In this document: positions 1 to 9,706 of the stretch, piece by piece | Layout of the letters: the number at the start of each line of letters is the position of its first letter | Position numbering within the stretch: position 1 is the stretch's first letter | Virus record (IMG/VR): IMGVR_UViG_3300028591_000019 | Coordinates: 1-64,000 of that record | Origin: a virus | Taxonomy: Duplodnaviria > Caudoviricetes | Direction: 5' to 3' (one strand) | DNA: 64,000 bases | The notes under the pieces: model-generated | What the model was told of the DNA's origin: nothing | Database searches by the model: none | What the model saw: only the letters and a program-made list of their open reading frames with translations | Made by a program: the position numbers and the translations under genes

Positions 1-2352
1 TGTTTCTTCTGCGGATTTCTGAGCGTTCTCCATAGAAGCATCTGCCGCTTCTTGAATAGACTGCCTATACTTTTGGACGGCAATAACTGTTGCTGTTATT
101 GCGGCTGTAATTCCAGCAAGCACAAGCCCAGTAGCATTGCCGCTAGTAAGAACTTCAAGGAATCCTTTAAACCCAGTAGCACCAACTTCCGTTGACATAT
201 CTTTCAAAGTCGAAAGCTGAGAAACAATATCTGAGATAAAACTAGTAACTTTCCCAAACTTTTCTGGTGCGTTGAACATGAACTTCGCCGCAAAAATACC
301 ACCTACGGCTTCAAGCGCAGTTCCCAAGTCTCCTACGACATTAAGAAGTTTTGTCGCACCATCTAATAGTCCTTTGAAAAAGTCGGTGCTTATAGTCTTA
401 GCGATGAACTCCGTCCATGTATTCTGAAGGATATTCGCCTTTGCGCTCCAAGTGTCGAGCATGACTCCGATTTCTTTGTCGGCACTTCCCGCCGATTCAG
501 CCATCTTATTCATCATGCCCTCGTACATACCTTCTTCTCCGTCCTCACCGTAGTAATGTCTCAGTAAGGCATCAAGTTGGTTAGTACGAAGCTTCCCGCC
601 AAGAGCCATCTCTATGGTTTTTAAATCCTTTTCGGTAATAGCGTTTTCTCTATATGCTTTCGCAAGAGCCGCTACAACTTCCATCGGATTAACCATATCC
701 CCAGTTTTTTCAGCCGCATCTAATGCACTCTGTGCGTATTTATGTAAAACCTCATCAAGCGACTCGACTTGCTCTTTAGTTACCGTGACACCCTCTTCCA
801 CTTCCGTGGTAGTGTCCTTCATAATGTTCAAAATCAACGCACGAAGCGCAGTTGCGGCTTTCGTTCCGCTTTGCTGTGTAGCCGCAGTAATTGTACCTAG
901 TGCCGCAATTGTTTCCTCGACAGACATTCCTGCCATTGCCGCAACAGACGCTACGTTAGGCATACCTTGAGCAAGCTTATCGATAGAAGTTGCATAGTTG
1001 TTCTCGACTACGTTCGCTTCATCCAGAACACGAGATAGGTCTGTAACAGAACCCTTCATGTCCCATGCCGCATCTACGGACAGCAGAAACTGGTTAGCAG
1101 TACTTGCCGTTACATCACCGACCAACTGCGTCTTAATAGCTAGTTCGCCAAGGTCATCCGCTAAGTCTTTATATCCCGCTTTTGCGAAAGCAGAAACAGA
1201 CTCAAGGTATTCTTGAGCCGACACGCCATACTTGGAAGCAGTCTCATATGCCCCTTTCTCGATTACACTCATCTGCTCAGCAGAGAAGTCGGTAACCTTT
1301 TGGATAGAAGCCAATTCGGAATCTACTTCCTTCATTGTATCTAACGCTTGATTAAATGCTTGAACTGTGCCATATATGGTCGCAGACACCATCTGGTACA
1401 TTCCAAGGCGAGCAAAGTATTTGCCAAGAGAAGTCCCTAGAACTTGCTCGAATATTCCTGTCTTTTGTGTTGCTTCGGATATGTTTCGGTTGTAAGCATC
1501 CCAATCAACTATGTCATCTTTAAGTTGACCACGTTCACCGCCATATGAATTTCTCCAGTCTGGCATAGAACCAAGAAGTTCACTTTTTAATTGTGCATGG
1601 GTTTTATGTTGCCAGTCTCTTCCAGACGGCAACGCCATAATTTGCGGTCTTCCTTGATTTCCAATATAGCTATAATTCCCGTTGTTATCTCCAGTCATGT
1701 AAATTACATCACTAGAATTGTTCGTTGGGAATTTTGCCCTCGCTCTTACGGAACTACCATGAGAACCGCCAAGAACAAATCCTGTACCCGCATACTGGTT
1801 CGCAGGATAAACCATAATTCCAGTATTTGTAGAACCACTGCCCGCAGGAAGAGCAAGCCTTTGGACTTGTGTACTATTACTTCCTATAATGCCGCCAAGA
1901 CCTTGAAGAATCTGGCTCTGCCCATAGGACATCCCCTGTTGAACCGTACTAAATAATGTTGCTATCTGTTTAGTAAGGTTCTGTACGCTTGTTGCGGCTT
2001 TATCTGCACCTTTCCCGATTTGTTCTATTCCCGCAGTAAGAGCTTTCGTTTCGTTACTGCTAGTCTTAACGCTTTTGCCAAGGCGTTCAACTTCCGCTTC
2101 AAGTTCTTTTATGCGTTGTGAAGAATATTTAGCCCATGCTTCTACGTCACCTTTGTTCGTAAACGCATCTTTCATCTGGCTCTGCAACTGCGACACAGCA
2201 CTTATAAGGACTCTTATTTGTTCTTGAGCAGTCCTTGTATTTGCAGAAACAGTTACATTGCCGCTAACGTTTTTGATAAGTTGCTCTATTTGAGCAACTT
2301 GCGTAGCAATGTGTTTAGAATCTATATCAACGTGTATTGTTACTTTCGCCAT
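1..2352 (-). CDS. Tail tape measure protein (TP901-type), 3' end truncated by window edge
   Basis: Hand-translated from ATG at 2352 (MAKV...); absent from the ORF track because it runs off the edge. Positions 1-3 are in frame (...QKSAEET). It contains TP901-like core segments (ELASIQKVTDF, KAATALRALILNI, LGGKLRTNQLDALL) and is Ala/helix-rich, downstream of the tail tube gene. Confidence 0.9.
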   Translation of the reverse strand, partial: MAKVTIHVDIDSKHIATQVAQIEQLIKNVSGNVTVSANTRTAQEQIRVLISAVSQLQSQMKDAFTNKGDVEAWAKYSSQRIKELEAEVERLGKSVKTSSNETKALTAGIEQIGKGADKAATSVQNLTKQIATLFSTVQQGMSYGQSQILQGLGGIIGSNSTQVQRLALPAGSGSTNTGIMVYPANQYAGTGFVLGGSHGSSVRARAKFPTNNSSDVIYMTGDNNGNYSYIGNQGRPQIMALPSGRDWQHKTHAQLKSELLGSMPDWRNSYGGERGQLKDDIVDWDAYNRNISEATQKTGIFEQVLGTSLGKYFARLGMYQMVSATIYGTVQAFNQALDTMKEVDSELASIQKVTDFSAEQMSVIEKGAYETASKYGVSAQEYLESVSAFAKAGYKDLADDLGELAIKTQLVGDVTASTANQFLLSVDAAWDMKGSVTDLSRVLDEANVVENNYATSIDKLAQGMPNVASVAAMAGMSVEETIAALGTITAATQQSGTKAATALRALILNIMKDTTTEVEEGVTVTKEQVESLDEVLHKYAQSALDAAEKTGDMVNPMEVVAALAKAYRENAITEKDLKTIEMALGGKLRTNQLDALLRHYYGEDGEEGMYEGMMNKMAESAGSADKEIGVMLDTWSAKANILQNTWTEFIAKTISTDFFKGLLDGATKLLNVVGDLGTALEAVGGIFAAKFMFNAPEKFGKVTSFISDIVSQLSTLKDMSTEVGATGFKGFLEVLTSGNATGLVLAGITAAITATVIAVQKYRQSIQEAADASMENAQKSAEET

Positions 2353-2379
2353 TTCAATTACCCTTCACAAGTACTTGTA

Positions 2380-2838
2380 TTACCACGACTCTGTCGCGTC
2401 ATATCCAAGCTTTATTAACAGTGCGACAAGCGTATCATCCAGTTCTTCTGCTAACTCATCTGGGATTGGGTGACCAGTCAAATAATTCCTCGGATACGGT
2501 TGCTTATAGTTCTTCTTCCCCTTTATTACAACATCGGCGGCATTAACATTCTTCCAATAACTATATGAATGTTGTAATGGGGCTTTTGATTCTATCGTTA
2601 AAGCAAGTTCATCTGCGGAGACAAGTATGTTTTTTCTGTCTTGTATTCCGCCATGATACTTTCTTCTTGATGCCCTTGCCCTTGGACTAACTTCTTCATA
2701 ATCATCATATACAATGTCCTGCTCAAGCATTTGGACTTCCTCTTGTAAAGTCCTTGCAACTCTCTGTGACTTCAAACAAGTTTTAACATCCCCAGTGAGT
2801 CTTTCTATTTCTTTATTAACATCGTCCGCCAAGCTCAT
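2380..2838 (-). CDS. Tail-associated protein between tail tube and tape measure (tail completion or chaperone-like)
   Basis: ORF track 2380..2916; likely start MSLADD at 2838. Function inferred from position only. Confidence 0.5.
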   Translation of the reverse strand: MSLADDVNKEIERLTGDVKTCLKSQRVARTLQEEVQMLEQDIVYDDYEEVSPRARASRRKYHGGIQDRKNILVSADELALTIESKAPLQHSYSYWKNVNAADVVIKGKKNYKQPYPRNYLTGHPIPDELAEELDDTLVALLIKLGYDATESW

Positions 2839-2899
2839 TGTATGCCCTCTATGCAAAAACATTCCTAAATGCTTTACGGTACGCAAAGCACTTAGGAAT

Positions 2900-2921
2900 G
2901 CCCCTTGCCGAAACAAGGGGC
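2900..2921. terminator. GC-rich stem-loop after tail tube gene (attenuator or mRNA stabiliser)
   Basis: GCCCCTTG-ccgaaa-CAAGGGGC, a perfect 8-bp stem with no clear U-tract. Confidence 0.5.
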
Positions 2922-2928
2922 TTAATCG

Positions 2929-3990
2929 TTACGCTGTTACTGTGCAGTCTGTCGTGACCGTAAGGTCGTTCAGAGAAGCAGTAATCGTGCAACTTCCTGC
3001 CGCAACACCCGTGATGACACCCGCATCCGAAACGGTTGCTGTGCCGTCCGCACTCGACTCGTAAGTAAGGTCGGAATAGTCGGGCTGTACCAACTGATTG
3101 TTGATAACATACTTAACAGGAAGCTGAACTGTTGAATCAACCGCTACCGTGATAGCACCGCCAACAACTGCAAGACCTTCTACGAGAGTCGTGGAATCTC
3201 CAAGCGGTACATAGACCATATACGCAAGGGCAGTAGCCGCAGACTCCGCACAAACGCCAGACGAAACTGCTTCATCGTAAGCGAGAGCAGAACCGCTGAA
3301 GTCCGTAGTAGCCGCAGTTGTCTGAGAACCTTCCGTATCGGCTTTGCCGCTGAACTGCATCCTCGGAATCCAAATGTAGAAGTCTCCGCATTTGCTTCCT
3401 TGGTTGTTGGAAGAACCCTGTGTGTTGTAAGCGGGCATACGAATCGTAACAACCTCGACCGAAGGAGCGAAGTTGGAAGCGATACGCAGTTGCTGTGCAG
3501 AAGCGTTCCGCACGAAGTAGCGAACACAGTAGGATTGACCCGACTGTGCCGTGAACCCTTCAATCTGATAAGTGTCAGCGTTCACAACATAAGCCTTGCC
3601 GTCCGTATCGATAAACGCATACGGTTCAGCCATGCCGTATCCTGCAACAGGGGCTTGCGAAACAGCGATTGTACCGCTCTGTGCAGTAATGCTCTCGATG
3701 ACAGGCACGATACCGTTGTAGGACAAATCGCCGCCAACGGAAAGCGCACGGGCTTCAAGAGACATATTCGCCGCCGTAAGAGTCAGACTGACTTCTGCGG
3801 AATCTGGCAGATTGATAACGACAGGGTTGCCAACAGAAGCGTTGATAGGGCTCATGTTGACGGTAGTCGTGAACTGGCTTGTCTGGACTTTGTTGGAATA
3901 ATAATCCAAATCACCCGTTGACGGGTTATGACACCAAACATCCATCGTTCCTTTGACATAGTAAGGTGTCGTTGCTCTATTAAAAGCCAT
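2929..3990 (-). CDS. Major tail tube protein with C-terminal Ig-like (Big_2) domain
   Basis: 353 aa, beta-rich and Ser/Thr/Ala-rich. The C-terminus YESSADGTATVSDAGVITGVAAGSCTITASL is a Big_2 signature. Position upstream of the tape measure gene fits. Confidence 0.8.
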   Translation of the reverse strand: MAFNRATTPYYVKGTMDVWCHNPSTGDLDYYSNKVQTSQFTTTVNMSPINASVGNPVVINLPDSAEVSLTLTAANMSLEARALSVGGDLSYNGIVPVIESITAQSGTIAVSQAPVAGYGMAEPYAFIDTDGKAYVVNADTYQIEGFTAQSGQSYCVRYFVRNASAQQLRIASNFAPSVEVVTIRMPAYNTQGSSNNQGSKCGDFYIWIPRMQFSGKADTEGSQTTAATTDFSGSALAYDEAVSSGVCAESAATALAYMVYVPLGDSTTLVEGLAVVGGAITVAVDSTVQLPVKYVINNQLVQPDYSDLTYESSADGTATVSDAGVITGVAAGSCTITASLNDLTVTTDCTVTA

Positions 3991-4004
3991 CCCTTTAATC
4001 TCCT

Positions 4005-4865
4005 TTAGTTTAACGTACTGGGCAGATTGGGAAGCGCATCCACCGTTTGAACCGCTCCGCTTACTCTGCGTTGGAATGCTTCCGCACTCACAACTCCAAG
4101 ATTCTCTCTCTGTTTGTTGAAGAACAGAGACGGATACGGATTACCTCGTTCCCACTTGACCATGCCCGACATCTCTCCGATGTTGGAAACCGTGAATCTC
4201 CTCTCACGTTCCATAGCATCCCGAATCTTCTCAAACTCCCATATTGTCCATTCTTCAATCTCATAGAACCTTCTATGCTGATAACTCGCAACCGATGCTA
4301 TCAAGTCATCCGTGTCTACATCCAGATTGACAGTACCGTTCAATAACCGAATATCTTCGTCTGCTTGAACGAGTTCGAGATTCTCCGATTCGTCTGGCAA
4401 GTGTCTGCCGTTCAACTCGGCAATGATTTCCCTTATTTGCCCTATCTGCGAAGCACCTAGTCTCACGACATTCTCCGCTTCGCTTGTATACTGCGTAATA
4501 ATCAACGCAGTTAAGTTGGTCTGGTCTTTCTTGTCTACAACGTGCTTCACTTGCTGACTCAAATTCTCATTGTTTATATGCAAGGATTCACACAGTAGCC
4601 ACAAAAACTTTGCCCAACTTCCACGAACAGGACTGTCTTGCAGTTTCTCGTCCAGATACATACCGAATAAAGCTTGTGCGTATGTCTTTGCCGCATAAAT
4701 CACGGGGAGCGCAGACATTCTCATTGTCAGCGCAGATTCACACGACACGAACGTGTCATACTGCTTAACAGTCAGCGGATATATAAGCAACCCGAAAGCT
4801 TCATAAGGTTTCCCCGTCTTTGCGGATTCTCTAATACCCTGTTTATCAAAAAACTGGCTCATCAA
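4005..4865 (-). CDS. Virion morphogenesis protein (tail assembly region), function unknown
   Basis: 286-aa ORF in the late operon; position only. Confidence 0.5.
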   Translation of the reverse strand: MMSQFFDKQGIRESAKTGKPYEAFGLLIYPLTVKQYDTFVSCESALTMRMSALPVIYAAKTYAQALFGMYLDEKLQDSPVRGSWAKFLWLLCESLHINNENLSQQVKHVVDKKDQTNLTALIITQYTSEAENVVRLGASQIGQIREIIAELNGRHLPDESENLELVQADEDIRLLNGTVNLDVDTDDLIASVASYQHRRFYEIEEWTIWEFEKIRDAMERERRFTVSNIGEMSGMVKWERGNPYPSLFFNKQRENLGVVSAEAFQRRVSGAVQTVDALPNLPSTLN

Positions 4866-4951
4866 ATGATTCCTCTTTTCTTCCAGTTCATTGCCAATGT
4901 TCTTTCCAACGCTTCCAACGCATTGAACGCATTGGATTTGTGTTGCAAGTT

Positions 4952-4977
4952 AGTTGTTACAACTAGTTGTTACAACT
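4952..4977. repeat. Two exact tandem 13-bp palindromes AGTTGT-T-ACAACT
   Basis: 4952-4964 and 4965-4977 are identical, each with perfect 6-bp arms. Confidence 0.9.
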
Positions 4978-5639
4978 TATTGATACAAATCGTAGTACCC
5001 ACCGCCGCCGATGCTTTCAAACGACATCGTCAGCATCCGACCTACTCCGATACGCTCGTCATAAATCATTTCACTCTCATCGTCTATGTGTGTGTTTCTG
5101 TCCCACATAAACGTGCCGACACCGTCTATATTCACACCGTTCAACGCTTCCACAATCGCCATCTCCATCGCAAAGGTTCTTGCTACAGCGGTCGTTCTGG
5201 TGTTCGATTCGAGAGCATAGTTCGTCATCATATAAAAGATAACGGAGAACATAATGTTCCTTGACCCTCTCGGAATCGTCCTTCCCATTACGATTCGCAA
5301 TGTCGTGCTTCCATCGTAATCGGTAGGATTGATAAGCATCTGCGTGAACATCCGATACCCCTTCGCTGTCGGCGGGTTAGTCGGTTCAAACGGATTGAAG
5401 ATAATCGACTTCCTCTCCTCGACAGTAGGTAAATCGTGTTCCAACGGCTTGGCATCATCGTAGTAAAGATACTTGACAAGCCTTGCCCTAGGGTTATCGT
5501 TTGTAATAATAGGATTCGGACAAGTCGCTGTCGGGAACAGCATGAGATAGTCCCGAAGTTTATTCGGAACATTCTCTATTTCTGAACCCGCCCAGAAATC
5601 CTGTACTTTTTTGTAAGGGGAATAGATATCGATATCCAT
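4977..5639 (-). CDS. Putative tail terminator/completion protein
   Basis: 220 aa; position between neck and tail tube genes. Confidence 0.45.
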   Translation of the reverse strand: MDIDIYSPYKKVQDFWAGSEIENVPNKLRDYLMLFPTATCPNPIITNDNPRARLVKYLYYDDAKPLEHDLPTVEERKSIIFNPFEPTNPPTAKGYRMFTQMLINPTDYDGSTTLRIVMGRTIPRGSRNIMFSVIFYMMTNYALESNTRTTAVARTFAMEMAIVEALNGVNIDGVGTFMWDRNTHIDDESEMIYDERIGVGRMLTMSFESIGGGGYYDLYQ

Positions 5640-5642
5640 ACC

Positions 5643-6224
5643 TTACTTCTCTTCTTTCTTGTCCGCTTCCTTAATTGTTCCCTTCATCCCCTCAATCTCT
5701 TGCGTCAGCTTCTCCAGTTGCTCCAACTGTTCCTGCAACGCTTCGGGACTCTGAGATAAAGAAACATACTGTACAAACCGTGCAAGCAAGTCGTTCTTCG
5801 CTTCCGCAAGGGAATTGATTTCCGTACCAAGCATCCGATAAAATTCCCTGTAATCATCGACAAGGTCGTATACCTTGTTTCTGATTTCTGGGTCTTTGCT
5901 CGACTTAAATCTGTCAAGCTGATTGAAGATTGAGGACGCTCCCCACACATCGTACTGTTCTGTAGATAAGTCCTCATCTTCCATCTTCTTCAAATACTCC
6001 CGAAGCAGAACGAGCATCCCGTAAAGCATCCTCTTCTGCGGATTCTCTTGAAATCTGCTCGGAAATACTTTGTCAACTTCCTCGTTCCCTGTCGAGATAT
6101 CGAACTGAAGCAGACAATCCTGTGCATACGCTCTCGCCATCGCCGTCTTCTTCGCAAGTGGCAGATAGGATACTGCGTTGCGGATGTCTTCTTCTGTTAA
6201 AATCTTCTTGTCCTTCGCTTCCAT
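5643..6224 (-). CDS. Hypothetical late-operon protein (helical, acidic)
   Basis: 193-aa ORF, tightly coupled to its neighbours. Confidence 0.5.
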   Translation of the reverse strand: MEAKDKKILTEEDIRNAVSYLPLAKKTAMARAYAQDCLLQFDISTGNEEVDKVFPSRFQENPQKRMLYGMLVLLREYLKKMEDEDLSTEQYDVWGASSIFNQLDRFKSSKDPEIRNKVYDLVDDYREFYRMLGTEINSLAEAKNDLLARFVQYVSLSQSPEALQEQLEQLEKLTQEIEGMKGTIKEADKKEEK

Positions 6225-6270
6225 GCCTGTGTTTTTCCTTTCGCTTTAATTAGGCTGTGTCTTGTTCGAT

Positions 6271-6570
6271 TTAAGCAGACTTAGAACCCTTCTGCTCAAA
6301 CCTTCCTTCCTTGATATACTGGATATCCCGTTCGACAAGCATCAAACTCTGCTTCAATCCTTCAAACGTCTCGGATAATGCCGCAAACTTTTTTCCGTAT
6401 TCATTATGCTCTGTCAGCTTGGTATCTATCTGCTCAAGCTTATCGTCCAATTTCTGCTGTCGCCTCGCACGTTCGACAGAGTCCTTTCTCTTGGAGTCTC
6501 TACTGATAATCAACTGCACGATTATCGACCCCGCTACTGAAAGACCTGCGGCTAATATGACATCGCTCAT
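6271..6570 (-). CDS. Small membrane protein (N-terminal TM helix plus coiled coil), holin-like
   Basis: MSDVILAAGLSVAGSIIVQLII hydrophobic N-terminus followed by the heptad pattern KLDDKLEQIDTKLTEH. Confidence 0.45.
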   Translation of the reverse strand: MSDVILAAGLSVAGSIIVQLIISRDSKRKDSVERARRQQKLDDKLEQIDTKLTEHNEYGKKFAALSETFEGLKQSLMLVERDIQYIKEGRFEQKGSKSA

Positions 6571-6614
6571 TCCCTTCTACCTCATACTCTGAAAATTTAT
6601 ATATCTGTAATGCC

Positions 6615-6845
6615 TTACTGCGCTTCCGCTTCCTCGGCAAGGATACAATAATCCTTGGCTTTCGGGTCGTTCATCAACCGACCTTCCTGCCGACAGTAGT
6701 ACACATACATACACATATCTTTGAAGCAGTCTTCCTGTTTTCTGTAATCTGCATTCTGACGCATTCTCTTCTTGCAGAATATGAAGTCGCTTCTGCCCTG
6801 TACTCTTACCGCATTTGGACATTCATATTTCTTTTGTTTTGCCAT
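6615..6845 (-). CDS. Small Cys-rich hypothetical protein
   Basis: 76 aa with six Cys (YECP, IFCK, CFKDMC, YYC, YC). Confidence 0.5.
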   Translation of the reverse strand: MAKQKKYECPNAVRVQGRSDFIFCKKRMRQNADYRKQEDCFKDMCMYVYYCRQEGRLMNDPKAKDYCILAEEAEAQ

Positions 6846-6846
6846 A

Positions 6847-8136
6847 TCAGAAACCTACTACTTCTATCGTCTTTGTTAGGGACAACCCGTGTGCCATTGC
6901 CGTCACACTTATCGTGGTGTCCGCTCCAAACGCATTCAACGTAATCTCATTACCATCTGCTTCGCAGGAGCATCCCGATACAAAGAACGATATGCTATCC
7001 TCTGTCTCTATTCCGTTGTCAAAGTACGAAGCTTTCAGCGTAATCGAATCATACGCAATCATCGTCTGCGGGACTGCCGTTACAAACGCAATGTAATCCT
7101 CTGCGACTATCCCTTCAACCGTCATCTCAAACGTGGCTTGTACGGACTCGTTCTGCACAAGCGTTGCCGTTATCGTACACTTTCCTTCCGATACTCCCGT
7201 TACAGTACCGTTCGCATCAACCGTTGCTATGCTCTCATCTGAAGAAGACCAGTTATATGTAATCGGATGCTCTTCCGTTGGGTCGGTAAGAACCCCGTTC
7301 CTCTGCATCGTTGCGTTCAGAGCCGCTGTACTTCCCTCGGACACCTTGTCGATTCCGCTTATGTGAATCAGAACCTCAAAGTTATCTCCTTCCGCAACAT
7401 GGTTTATAAGGTCATCGGCGGGCATGGTTTCGGTCGCTCGAATATCTGTCCTCAACACATGAACAGACTTCTCATCATCCGTGAACTCCTGTGCAAAATC
7501 TACCAAACCAGACACTACAAATGCGGACTTGCCAAGGATAAGGCGTGTGTTGTTGATAATTCCTTTTGTCGCTTCATTAAGTTGCAGAATCGCATGGTTG
7601 TAGCCATCGGGTAAGATACTGTACTCTTGGAAGAAAGGCTCGGATGCAAGCATCATTCCTTTTGCGAAGTACATGGGAGTTTTGACCAGATTGCCATACC
7701 AGTCGTAGTTGTTATAAGTCGTTATGCATTTTGCAATAACCGATACTCCGACTTCCTGTGCAACATTCTCTGGATTGCTAACAATCCAAGTTGAATTGTT
7801 GAACCGCACATACGCACCGTTCGAGATGTAATTTATATTCTTATCAAGAACGACCATCTTCTGCCATGTCGAAGACAGTTCGTCTCCCGTTGTCGGTTCT
7901 ACTAGCAAAGAGGTGCGAATCTTGACGGGTGTCCATGCGTACCAGTCGTTCTCATCGATGCCTTGTATCTCTGCATCGAATACGTTGGACGCATACTGCC
8001 CTACTGTCGCATAATACTTTGCCGTATCCGTTGCCCAGTTGCTCGGATACGGTGAAGCACCTTGCGGTCTGTTCCCGTAAGGCTGTGGTTTACGGGCAGA
8101 AAGTATTCCGTTTTTGATTGCGTCTGAAATCGCCAT
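6847..8136 (-). CDS. Head-tail connector/closure protein with Big_2 Ig-like domain
   Basis: 429 aa; WSSSDESIATVDANGTVTGVSEGKCTITATL is a Big_2 motif; located downstream of the capsid gene. Confidence 0.65.
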   Translation of the reverse strand: MAISDAIKNGILSARKPQPYGNRPQGASPYPSNWATDTAKYYATVGQYASNVFDAEIQGIDENDWYAWTPVKIRTSLLVEPTTGDELSSTWQKMVVLDKNINYISNGAYVRFNNSTWIVSNPENVAQEVGVSVIAKCITTYNNYDWYGNLVKTPMYFAKGMMLASEPFFQEYSILPDGYNHAILQLNEATKGIINNTRLILGKSAFVVSGLVDFAQEFTDDEKSVHVLRTDIRATETMPADDLINHVAEGDNFEVLIHISGIDKVSEGSTAALNATMQRNGVLTDPTEEHPITYNWSSSDESIATVDANGTVTGVSEGKCTITATLVQNESVQATFEMTVEGIVAEDYIAFVTAVPQTMIAYDSITLKASYFDNGIETEDSISFFVSGCSCEADGNEITLNAFGADTTISVTAMAHGLSLTKTIEVVGF

Positions 8137-8150
8137 TCAGCCTATCCTTC

Positions 8151-8855
8151 TTACTGGAATTTCGGGAATGTTGTTTTCGCTACGGTCTGTACTGCAAAGC
8201 AACTCTGCTCGTATGCCATCAGTTCGCTCGACAGTTTGCTCTCCAAGTTCCGATACCTTTCCGTATTGACACGGATATGCTCGGAAGGTGAACGAAGATT
8301 GAACGTCTTATCCGTAATCAAGTTGGCTACATTCAAGAACGTATTCGCAAAAGCGTAATACCAATCAACCGCCATGCACAGACCCAAGATTCGCTTCTGC
8401 GTCTGAGTCAAATCATTCTCAAAATATCCGTCCGTATAGAAGTCAATCTCAATCTGCTGTCCTGCTTCTATCTTTCCATCCCGTGCTTCTACAATTACTT
8501 CTCCAGTTTCGGGGAAGTAATGCGTGGTACACGGTGTATACGTTGTATTGCCGTTCGCAGTAATAACGATACCCGCACTACACAGTTCGTACCCTGTCTT
8601 CTCTGTTTGGAAAGAGATAGACGTAGCCGTCTCTTCCGCAACGTAGTACACATCCGCATACTGCGGTTCGGTGTACTGCATAAGGTATTCACGGATATTG
8701 TACGGACGATTAAACCTCGGAATAGCGTTCAACAGGATAAGCGATTTTGCACGAAAGAACTGTGCGGGGTTCTCCTGCAACTGCTCTGTCCAGTTGACAT
8801 CCTCGATAAAGTTCATTGCGTGATTCGTAATTATCTCGCTAAATCCTGTTGCCAT
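8151..8855 (-). CDS. Putative head-tail adaptor
   Basis: 234 aa; position two genes after the major capsid. Confidence 0.45.
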   Translation of the reverse strand: MATGFSEIITNHAMNFIEDVNWTEQLQENPAQFFRAKSLILLNAIPRFNRPYNIREYLMQYTEPQYADVYYVAEETATSISFQTEKTGYELCSAGIVITANGNTTYTPCTTHYFPETGEVIVEARDGKIEAGQQIEIDFYTDGYFENDLTQTQKRILGLCMAVDWYYAFANTFLNVANLITDKTFNLRSPSEHIRVNTERYRNLESKLSSELMAYEQSCFAVQTVAKTTFPKFQ

Positions 8856-8867
8856 TCGCTACCTCTT

Positions 8868-9596
8868 TTATTCCTCTTCCAGTTCCTTACTGTTCATCGA
8901 CTCGATAATCGATGTGAAATCGCCCTTCTTGTTTGCCTTCTTCGACAGATTGTTCAGAGCAACCACCAGTTCCCTTGACAGTTTCTTCTTCCCACTCTCG
9001 TTCGCTTCCATGAATCGCTTCGCAACCATAATCTGGTGTTCTCTGCAAAGTTTCGGATAAATCTCAAGGATTTTATCCCCCATCTCCACAATCTTTGCAA
9101 ACTGCTTCTTGCCGAGCGTTTCCCCTTCGGAATACTTCACGTTGTAGGCTTCACGCTCTTCGTCTGTCAGACCGTCCACCACGATAAGCCAACGATTGTC
9201 CAGATACCATCTGGTCTTCTCATCGAGCATATTCGTCAGTTCATTCTTCGGCACGAAGACTTCGCCAGTCTTTCCTACGATTCTTCCGTACTGACCACGG
9301 TCACCAAGGTAAACGATATTGTCATCGGCTACCTCTGCTTGCCACAGGAAGTGTACTTTCTCGCTAGACTCCGCAAGCCTTACAACTTGCGGTTGCATTG
9401 CCATCTTCTCCTGCAACTGGCTCAACTGCTTCATCAGCAGTTCGTTCTGCTCACGAAGAAGTTCGAGTTCGCTCTTTTGCTTCGGCTGTTCAGCCTGTTT
9501 CTTCGCTTCCTCTTCCTGCTTCTTCTTCGCTCTCGATTGAGCCATCTTCTCGGCAAAAGCGGCTTTCTCTTCTTCTGTCATTTGCTTCTTTGCCAT
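8868..9596 (-). CDS. Hypothetical head-associated protein
   Basis: Likely start MAKKQ at 9596 with an RBS; Lys/Glu-rich N-terminus; immediately downstream of the capsid gene. Confidence 0.5.
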   Translation of the reverse strand: MAKKQMTEEEKAAFAEKMAQSRAKKKQEEEAKKQAEQPKQKSELELLREQNELLMKQLSQLQEKMAMQPQVVRLAESSEKVHFLWQAEVADDNIVYLGDRGQYGRIVGKTGEVFVPKNELTNMLDEKTRWYLDNRWLIVVDGLTDEEREAYNVKYSEGETLGKKQFAKIVEMGDKILEIYPKLCREHQIMVAKRFMEANESGKKKLSRELVVALNNLSKKANKKGDFTSIIESMNSKELEEE

Positions 9597-9679
9597 AGGT
9601 TTTCCCTTCCTCTTATCCTTTATAGTGGGTGCTGTCCGCAAGACTTGCACTTGCCTTTCGCACTATGCAACAGCATGAG

Positions 9680-9699
9680 AGGGGAGATTGCTCTCCCCT
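9680..9699. terminator. Stem-loop after major capsid gene
   Basis: AGGGGAGA-ttgc-TCTCCCCT, a perfect 8-bp stem. Confidence 0.55.
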
Positions 9700-9706
9700 T
9701 TGGACA

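Noticed and set aside
2353-2928. Programmed -1 frameshift tail chaperone pair
   Set aside because: Only one ORF lies between tail tube and tape measure, with no overlapping downstream frame or clear slippery site found.
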